Shown here: positions 53,352 through 62,700 of the stretch, piece by piece | How positions within the stretch are numbered: the stretch's first letter is position 1 | How the letters are laid out: each line of letters begins with the position of its first letter | Source: Diplonema japonicum | Taxonomy: Eukaryota; Protista; Euglenozoa: Diplonemea | Direction of reading: 5' to 3' | Length of the DNA: 64,000 bases | Assembly (NCBI GenBank): GCA_964019335.1 | Contig: OZ025743.1 | Location: forward strand, 310,001-374,000 | The notes under the pieces: generated by a model | Seen by the model: only the letters and a program-made list of their open reading frames with translations | Databases searched by the model: none | What the model was told of the DNA's origin: nothing | Made by a program: the position numbers and the translations under genes

Positions 53352-55114
53352 CCCCTAAACGCCCGCGTGGACGTTTTTGTCCTTATTTCAAAATTTGCTT
53401 TTTCGCTAAGTACTTTTTTTTGAACACGGCCCCTGGACTTCAAAATATGGCATTGTTGTGCGGTTTATTTTGTCTTGGAACTACATTTTGCGTTAAAAAT
53501 TTTGTTTTAATTGAAACCGGCAGGGTTGGCTTAAAATGAAATCAGATGGTCAAAATAGCAGCGAAAACGTGAGTCTCCCCCGACTGGTCAGAAAAAGAAG
53601 AAAAAGACGATGAGGCGGTCAAAGAGGGGCCGGAAACGATGCTTGGGTGGGAGAAATACTCCCAAAGGCCCGAAACATATCATTTCCGTGAAAAGGTGGG
53701 CTCAGGACACCTCTAGGTGGAGGGACCTATGTGGAGGGTGTTTTTAGTCTTTTTTTTACACACGCGGTACTTGAGCTCATAGTTTCTTCCACGAACGGTC
53801 GTTTCAATTCAAAAAAACAGTAGGAGTACAAAATTTGGCTTGGGTTGGTCCTGTTAATGGGTTTACGCTCGGCACCGAACATGAAGAGCTACTGGACAAC
53901 AGATTCTATTTTAACCATCCCGGCTTTTAAGAAAATGAGGCAACCGATTCGTTGACATACAGCGCTACCTCACCTTTGACAACCTGGAAACATCAATAAG
54001 GCCCGAAACTGCACCTCATGTGTAGGTTTCTTGACATCATTGTCAACCGGTTTAGGACTGTGCGGACCCCTGGCAAGTGGTTGTCTGTTGACGACAGTGT
54101 TATCCCGACAACAATAAAAGTCATGGCACCACGAAAAAGCAACTCGGTGGGCATCAAGGTAATCGCTACATGCGACTCATAAAACTGTTACCTGGCGAAT
54201 TTCAACATTTTCAGCAAGAAGTCCACAACACAGGACCTAGTCATGCATACTGTCGACTCCTAAGGGTTTGCTGTCGACCCCTGACCTGCAAGACCAGCTC
54301 CAGGGGACTGGAGTTCGGCATATGAAAACCCGGTAGTGGACCATGGTCGTTTTTTATTGGGTCCTGGAAAGCTGTGTTGCCAACCCCTCCATAATCTGGA
54401 AGAAGAGCAGGGAATGTGGCAAAAATTATGGCTTCCCGAGCTTCAAAGAAGAACTTGTTGGCAAGCTTCTCACCCATGCCCCAAAAACCGATAGCACACA
54501 CCCCCCGACAACACCGTCACCGACCCCCAAGCGCAAACACGCTAGCAATGAGGATTCCCTCACTCAGAAATACCCAAAACGTCTCGCTTCGACCCTAAAT
54601 CACACCTCCGAGACCATGATGAACGGAACGAAGGTGAGGAGGGTGCTCTATGCTGTTCCTGGGTACGGGAAGAAGGTGCAAACGTGGTGCCCCTGTTGCA
54701 AAACCCCCTTATGCAAAACGTGTTTTTTACCCTTGCATGCTACCCCAGCTGAAAAAAAAACTCACAAGTTGCTTTTTTCATCCCACAGCCCCAAAAAGTC
54801 TCCAGACTGACCTCAATCCTAGAGTTCAGGGCACCAAATAGGGCTGAATGCTGCCCTATTTACCCCAGCCATAACTCCACGGACCCCCCACAACAAGACC
54901 CCCCAAAATCGGACATAAAAAGTACACCTTCAATCCCCCTCTTACACACATAGTTAAGTGTTCTCATCTGAATCTGGCACCTGGAATTGAAAATTTTAGT
55001 ACCGTTTACCCTTTCCTTGCACCTTCCTATGGTTGCATGCTGCCCTTTTTTTGAGTATTTAAAGCAACAACGAAAATGGGGGGGTACCGTAGATAGGCTC
55101 CGGGCGTTTAGGGG
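53352..55114 (+). mobile_element. Degenerate piggyBac transposon with pseudogenised transposase
   Basis: 14-bp TIRs CCCCTAAACGCCCG / CGGGCGTTTAGGGG. Broken frames give LLMGL..PNMKSYW, PGKWLSVDDSVIP, GIKVIATCDS, WTMVVFYWVLE...N and a C-terminal Cys-rich CPCCKTPLCKTCF..H. Confidence 0.88.
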
Positions 55115-55531
55115 TTATACGTTATCGGGGGTGGGAAAATGTTTGTTTGTTTGTTTTGTTTGGGGAGAGGGGGGCTTTTTTTTTTTCACACTGCTGCATC
55201 TGATTGGTCGGGTGCTGTGGTGGGGAGGGGGTAGGTTCTCTGTTTCCGCGAGAAGGATGGTACACTCTCTATTTGGGGATCAGGGATGGGATCTCGGGAT
55301 TCTGATTAAATGACAAGTGCCTCAGCCGCCTTCTGATCGGCATGCTACTTCAGCAGGTTAGATGGTTGTTGTGGAGTTGTTGCGGAGGGGGGCAGGTCCC
55401 TGGTGTCTTCGAGGTATTGGATTGCTTTCCGTTGGTTTTTCCACAAAGATGTTTCTCAGCACCAGGGTGTTCTTTTTCTTCTTTTTTTCACCTCTTTTTT
55501 TCTTCTTCTTCTAAACACCGACTTTTCTTTT

Positions 55532-56500
55532 TCAATTCAAGTCGACAGTTTCAACTTTTACACACCCCTCCAAGAAGCGATCACCAATGGAAGAAACATT
55601 GGTCAACGTATTCAAGTCGATGGTTTCTAGTTTTTCGCACCCTTCCAAGAAGCTATCACCAATGGAAGAAAGATTGGTCATCGCATTCAAGTTGATGGTT
55701 TCTAGTTTTTCGCACCCAGACAAGAAGTTATGACCAATAGAAGAAAGATTGGTCATCGCATTCAAGTTGATGGTTTCTAGTTTTGCGCACCCTTCCAAGA
55801 AGCTTTCACCAATGGAAGAAACATTGGTCATCGCATTCAAGTCGATGGTTTCTAGTTTTTCGCACCAAGACAAGAAGCTATCACCAATAGAAGAAAGATT
55901 GGTCATCGCATTCAAGTTGATGGTTTCTAGATTTTTGCACTTATATAAAAAATTTTCATCAATGGTGGAAACATTGGGGAGGATGAGATCAACAGACGTC
56001 AGGTGGTTGCACTCTTCAAGAAACTCAGAGCCTATCCTTGTAACACAGCCTGTGGAGTCGGTGACAATGAGGAACCGAAGTCCAGAAGGAAGGACCGTCT
56101 TCTTCATGGACAAGACTTCGACAGCTGGCGAGTTCCCCACCTCCACCATCAGAACCAGCTCAGGGTCAGCTGACACAAGCTCCTCAAGCTCTGAAACCAC
56201 TTCTGAGCTCTCAAGCTCCTCCAGCTGAACGGTTCTCATCTTCGCCTCCACATGTACCACGCTGCCCTCCACGAGCCCAAGTTCCTGGATATCTTCACCC
56301 CTGTTCCTGTCCAGGACCTCTCCCTCCCAAACCAGTTTGAACTTGCCTTCGAGTAAACCAGCAGCACACCCTGCCTTCTTGTACAGGATCCCCACCGTCT
56401 CCTTCCCCAACACTTCCACATCGTGAACCCTGCCTCCCGTCTTCACGAACACTGTCATATCATTCACCTCTTCACCTGATCCCTCTCTCTTTCCATTCAT
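55532..56500 (-). CDS. Ubiquitin-like domain + BspA-type leucine-rich repeat protein
   Basis: N-terminal MTVFVKT...FKLVWEGEVL...GSVVHV (beta-grasp pattern) and about seven 24-aa repeats LETINLNAMTNLSSIGDSFLEGCEK. Confidence 0.8.
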   Translation of the reverse strand: MNGKREGSGEEVNDMTVFVKTGGRVHDVEVLGKETVGILYKKAGCAAGLLEGKFKLVWEGEVLDRNRGEDIQELGLVEGSVVHVEAKMRTVQLEELESSEVVSELEELVSADPELVLMVEVGNSPAVEVLSMKKTVLPSGLRFLIVTDSTGCVTRIGSEFLEECNHLTSVDLILPNVSTIDENFLYKCKNLETINLNAMTNLSSIGDSFLSWCEKLETIDLNAMTNVSSIGESFLEGCAKLETINLNAMTNLSSIGHNFLSGCEKLETINLNAMTNLSSIGDSFLEGCEKLETIDLNTLTNVSSIGDRFLEGCVKVETVDLN

Positions 56501-58027
56501 GTTGTTTAATAATAATAATAATAATACCAGATTTGTATTTATATTGTTCAGTTTTAATAATGGTCTGGGGATTTAGTGTACTGTATAAATTATGTACTTT
56601 TTTTCGGATTTTGAACCCAACTTGGGACTTTTTACAGAACAATACAAAAAATTATTTTTATTATTTTTGGCTTCTCTCCCCTATACTCTGAATAAACATG
56701 TTGCTCCATGGCTTCTTGACTGCCCATGATCGGTACACATTGCAGGGGCTTCAACAGGCTCCTCTCTCCCCAGCCACCAGGCAGGCAGTGGAGGAAGTGA
56801 TGTCCTGCTTGGAGGAACCCCAGCCTGCCCAAAAGAACAAGAAGTGGATGGAGGCAGAAGGAGGAGCTGGGTGAGCTTAAGCCAGAATGTGGAAATGGAA
56901 CGAGAAGCACCCCAACAAGACTGCCTCAAAGCCGGTTGCTGACCAGGCGAAACAGGACGTCGCAGCTAAGCTATGCAAGCGATCCCACGAGATAGCCCAT
57001 GGTGGGGGTGGGAGGAAGAGTCTGCACCAATATACCTTGGTTGTTGGTCTTTAATTGTGACACACCACCTTGTGCTTTCCTTTCCATTTCTGATGCACCT
57101 TCTTCTGACAAAGAAGCAGAAGAAGAAGAAGAAGAAGAAATGCCTGACCAAGAAGCCTCAGCCCCAAGCCAAGCACCAAGCCAGGTGATCCCAAGCCAGC
57201 AAACAAACAACGTGATGAGGGTGCCCTGCCCCAACTGCAGTGCAACCCTCAAGCAGGTTAGAAAGGAGAGATCATGGATGGGAGTGCACAGAATGCTCTG
57301 GTGAGCATGACATGAGCACTCACGGGAGGGTCTGCCCATCCTGTGACTATGTGGTGTGCTTTACATGCAGGACTGGGCAATAGTGAACTAGAATTGCAGT
57401 AATACCCCCCCCCCCCCCCCCCCTGGGGTATTTTGTTTTTGTGTTGGGATTCTTTATTTTTGGGGATATTTTCTGGGATTTTTTTTATTTTTGTAAATTT
57501 TATTTCACGAATTTTTCCCCTCTGGTAGAGCCCTTACCAAGGCTGATTTTGCTGTTTTTTACCCAAAAATTCCCCTTAATAAATTGGCCAAAAACTATGA
57601 AAAATAGGTAGATTTAACCTTTTTAACCCAATTCTGCAGTGTAAAAAATCCAGAAGATTTTTTTTGCAACATTCTATGGGTGAAATTGACATAGAACCTA
57701 AAACCTAGAAAAAGAAGGGGGGGGGTAAAATCACCCTTAAAAGAAGTCAATCCCTGTCATGCTGCTTGCCAATTTAACTAGTTATTAATGAGATTTTTGG
57801 AGTTGAAGTGAAAAAATGGGTCTCATTGTCGAAAAAAAGTACCCAACCCCTTCAATTTTTTTTTTAGAGATGGGGTATTTTGACTGTTTTTAGCCATCTG
57901 AGGCCATTCCAGCCCTTAAAAGTGGGAATAAGTGATTTACTTCCCCTTAAAATGCCACACTGAAATAGCTATCCCATATTACCTTGGGGAAATCACCAAC
58001 AAAGCTGGCACATGCATTAAGGACACA

Positions 58028-58394
58028 ATGCAAAACGCAGAAGAAGAAGACAATAACACCACACAACAACTCGGCCAAGGCACCCCCTGTAGTCAGGTCC
58101 TGTTCGTTTCAAGGGTGGCATGCTCAAGGGGACTCTGGAAACGGCATGGAGGGTGGTCAAGTTGCAGACCCAGGGGTGCAGACACCACCTGACACCAGGG
58201 AAGGAAGGGGTAGTGGACATTGCGGTGGGAGCCAGCACTACCAAGGTGACACTACGTGAGTTCTTGGAGAGGTGCAATGCAAGGATAAGGGCCCCAGTGG
58301 GAAAGGTCAAGGACCTGATCAAAGTGAAGGCGTGGGTGAGGGATGGAAGGAAGGTCACCCTCAACGTCTATGAGGGGAGGGGGCCCTGTGAGAA
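58028..58394 (+). pseudogene. Frameshifted ORF remnant of unknown origin, interrupted by the SL-headed retroelement
   Basis: Overlapping frames MQNAEEED.../MLKGTLETAW...YEGRGPCEK run directly into the SL copy. CpG-poor. Confidence 0.35.
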
Positions 58395-58433
58395 GGCCAA
58401 TGATTCTAAAGCTACAGTTTCTGTACTTTATTG
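58395..58433 (+). other. Genomic copy of the diplonemid-type spliced-leader exon (retro-copied, not an SL RNA gene)
   Basis: ggCCAATGATTCTAAAGCTACAGTTTCTGTACTTTATTG: 39 nt with the euglenozoan core CAGTTTCTGTACTTTATTG. It is not followed by the GTATG SL intron. Confidence 0.9.
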
Positions 58434-59750
58434 ATCCCCTCCCCCCATCACACACTATAAAACAAAAAAAAAATGGATCCAAGACGACTTGCAGGAGGAG
58501 GTGACCACAGCTGCAGCCTGCAGGAGCAAGCCCACAGCCCACAGTGCATGGCACCAAGACCCACCCAACCAGGCAATCTGGTTGGGCAGTATGAATCCCC
58601 ACCCCCTAGATCCCCCCACCCCCCTTTAGAAAAAAAAAATAATAAAAAAAAAATCACAAGTAGAGACTGCGGTTTTGACCACCACAACCAAGGGAGCAGC
58701 AGCCCCTGCTACAGCCATGGCCACCCTGGCCACAACCAACCCTGCCACCCCAAACGCCGCAGCCACCCCTGCCACAGCCACAACCAACACAACCATGATC
58801 ACCACAGCTGCCCCTGCCACCTTGAACGCTGCAGCCACCCCTGCTGCAACTGAGACCACTGCAGCCACCCCTGCCACAAGCCCGACCTCCACAGCCAACC
58901 CTGCCATAGTTGAAGAGGAAAAAAAAAAAGAAGAAAAAGGGGGAAGGGTGGATACTGAAAGATGGTGAGCACCCCCCTGGGTTGAAGACAGGTGCTGCCC
59001 CCACCTTCCCAGAAGCTCTGCTATTGTCCCCCCCTTTTTCATTTTTAGAGCCCTCCCCAGAGGGACCCTCCACAGAGGTGAAAAACAGACCCTCTTTGGA
59101 GGAAAAAAAGGCAGAGGGAGAGACAGCATGCCTGAGAGAAGGTAGTGCTCCTCCCTCTCTGCCCCCCATATTTCTGGACCCTCTATGGAGGTGTACACCC
59201 TGGTCCCCAAGGGCCAGGGGCATTTTTTGAGGGTGGAAGGGAAAGAAAAAAAAAAATAAACAAGGAGGAACCTTTTTTCTTTTCAAACAACCAGGGGGAC
59301 CCAGCACCCGCCCCCACTGCCTGCCAAGGTGTGGTTGGGGCAGAGGCTGCGAGCAATGTGAGAGCACCCCTGCACACCCTTGTGAGAAGACAGAAAAGAG
59401 CCCCCTGGATTGCCATGGGTGGCAGGGAACCTAAGCCAGCACCCAAGAGGAAGAAGAACAGGGAGGAGGCACAGGAGCGAAATGGCCCTTCAGAGGCGTT
59501 GGGAGAAGAGGACCAAGGCAAGGGAGGGGGTGAGGGAGGCTGCCAGACAGGAGAAGAAAAGGCACTGTCGTGCAAGGAAAGAAGGGAGGAGGAGGGCCTG
59601 CAGAGAGGAACACGAGGCCACCCTGGAACAGAAGCCAGATGACCCTGCAATGGGGCTGAAGCTGACCAAGGTGGGAACACCTGGAGCCCAACCCCTGGCA
59701 CCCAGAATCACAGCACCTGGGGCTGCAACCGGTGCAAGGAGGCACCGCAG

Positions 59751-62700
59751 ATGGACGGGACACAGCAAGGAAGGGATGAGATGGGAGCACCTGGGGGTGT
59801 GGGCCTGGGTCGCCCTGTTCTCCCTCTTGCTGATCCCAGGGGTGAGGCAGGTGCTGGGGTGGGCATCAGGATGGCCCCCTCCTTCCTGCATGCTGCAGTG
59901 TTGTGGAAGAGGCCAGGGAGCAACAGGAGGACCACCTGCAGGTCAAGGGTACAGGTGGGGCCCCAAGGGGATGAATGGTCCGCCGGGGAGCTTGCTTGGC
60001 TAGCGGTAGGGGGCACCCTGGTGGGAAGCACTTCAGTTTGGATAGGGGGGCTGATGTCGCTCTGGGCCATGTCGGAAGTGATGGTGGGGAAAGCTGGTGC
60101 TGGCCCAACCCAGAGATTCGGACCGGTAAAGCTGAAGAAGACAAGACGCGGATCGAGAGGTCACTACCTGCCGGTGTACTTGGGCCCACCTAGAAGCTCA
60201 AGACGCAGAAAAAAGAAGGAGGACACCAAGCAAGCGGCGAAGGAACGAGCTGAGACAGAGGATAAGCTCTTTCAGGCCGAACACCTGGACCCCTTTGCGG
60301 ATTTGACGCTGGCAGGGGACGCGTTGCAAGGAGGTGGTGACCCTCCCCCCATGGATTTGGATGATGAGCACATGGAGGCGCAGAAGGAGGGGGAAAAAGA
60401 AGGATCAGACAAACATCAATGCCGGATGGAAGACTGCTCTTTCCACACCAGTGTGGCAAGCTGTCTAGTTAAGCACCTCAATGCGGTCCACCATCATTTT
60501 GTGAAACAAGAGCAGGCGAGGAGCATGAAGGTGAACCTCTGTGGAACGTGTGCTGCAGCGTGCTCGTCGAACCAGATGCACTGTGCACTACACAGGCAGC
60601 GGAATCTGTGGAACCCCGACAAACAACCCAGGGCCGGCAAGTCAGTGGACGAGATCATGAAGAGCTTCAAGCTGACGAGGAGATCGACGGAGAAGGACGG
60701 GAACTGCATGTTCCACGCCCTGGCCGGTTCGCTCAGGGAAGCCTACGGCGACCACACCCACATCAGGAGCGAGGTTGTAGAATGGATGAAACACCGGGAG
60801 GAGCACTATGCCCCGTTTTGCAGTGAGGGTTGGGACCGGTACTTGGAAGGGATGGGCACAGCAGCGACGTGGGGAGACCACTTGTGCCTGGCAGCCACAG
60901 CACAAGTGTTTGGCCACATGATACTCGTGGTTGCTGGGGGGAACAACCCAGTCCTGATGATAGGGGAGTACAACTCCGACCACGAGAAGGTGGTGGTGCT
61001 GGCGTACAACGGCAACCACTACGAGTATGCAGTCGGAGAGGAGGAGTCGATGATGATGCTCCTTGATGAGTCCCAATCGGTAGCTCTACAAAAGGCAGGT
61101 AAGCAACCCTCCGAGGCCCCGGGTGAGGACATCGGGGAGTGGGACATAATAGACTGTGCGATCCCTGGATACGGGAAGGCAGGGGTGTTGGACCAGATGG
61201 GGGCAAGGAACCAGCAATTCCTGTACTGTCCGGTGGTGAACTGCGCTAGGTCGAAGTGCAAAAGCACGACCCCGTTCAACTCGACAAGGGTATGGAAGTG
61301 TCACCTGGATGGGCACCTGGAGAGTGATGAGATCCCGGAGAGCGTTCTGAGGAGACTGGACCTCGAGAGGTGCCTGGTGTGCAGGGGCAACACAGAGGAG
61401 GCTTGGCTGAAGGACAACACAGAGGAGGCTTGGCTGCTGGTGGCGATGCTCCCCAAAGCCTGCCTGTGGAAGAAGAGGGGAGGGAAGAAGCGGGACAAGG
61501 AGACGGAGCTGAGTGTCCAGGCCAGATTGGAGGAGTGGGAGAAGGGAAATTACATGGCCCTCTGGAATAAGCTGGAATCAGGTGAGAAGGGGGAACCTAA
61601 GAACGACGAGGTCTCTAAGGTCGCCAGGGCCACGGAACTGTGCAGCAAAGGGAGGTTCTCAGCAGGAAACGCGGCGCTTGTAGCCCAGGGGCTGGCGGAA
61701 GACAATGAGGATTGCTGGAGAGCGCTGCAGAGCAAACATCCAGAGCCACTACACCCCCAATGGGACAACCCGGCGAAGACGAAGGAAGCGGTAGAAGTCT
61801 TGCCAGAAGAAGTGCTGGACGCAATCAGGGACTTCCCGAGGGGGACTGCTGCGGGACCGACTGGTCTGAGAGCCCAGCACATCAGGGACGCGGCGGACGG
61901 AGCTTTTGAGTCTCAAGGCTGTTTGATGTCGGTGACGAGGGCAGTCAACGCATTAGCTAGAGGCACGGCCCCTAGGGAGGTGGCTCCGCTGATGGCAGGG
62001 GCGAACCTTGTGGCCCTCAAGAAGAACGACAGGGACGTGCGGCCCATAGCCGTTGGGGATGTGCTGCGTCGGCTGGTGGGGAAATCCCTTGTGAAGAAGA
62101 TCGCTCCGGAAGTGGCCTCTTCGTACCTGAAGAAAGGCGGCCAGGTGGGGGTATCGGTCCCTGCTGGAATAGAGGCGGCTATACACACCATCAGGCAATA
62201 TGTGGACAGGGAACGGGGCAACAAGCAGGAAAACAAGGTGATCCTCAAGATCGACTACGCCAACGCCTTCAACAGTGTTTGTCGGAGGCAGCTGTGCTCA
62301 CAGGCCTATGAGCAAGCGTCGGGGCTGTATGCGTGGGCCGATTGGTGCTACAGGGTGCCCTCCCAATTATACTACAACGGAAAGGTGATTAAGTCCCAGG
62401 AAGGGGTGCAACAGGGGGACCCGATGGGACCGCTGCTGTTCTCTCTGGCCATCCAACCCCTGGTGAACAAGATAAGTGAAGACTGCAACCTGGACATCCT
62501 CCAGTTCTACCTGGACGATGGCGTCCTTGTGGGGAATGTGGATGAAGTGAGAAAGGCGTACAACATCTTGTGTGAGCTGAGCGGAATGATAGGGCTGAAA
62601 GTGAAACCCCAGAAGTGCGAGCTCATATGGGTTAGTGGCGACCTCCCCCAGACAGTGGAGGACACAGGCTTCGATGGCCTGACAGAAGAGAATTTCCACA

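Noticed and set aside
58395-58433. Functional SL RNA gene
   Set aside because: No GTATG intron, Sm site or T-tract follows; the exon is joined directly to retroelement sequence.
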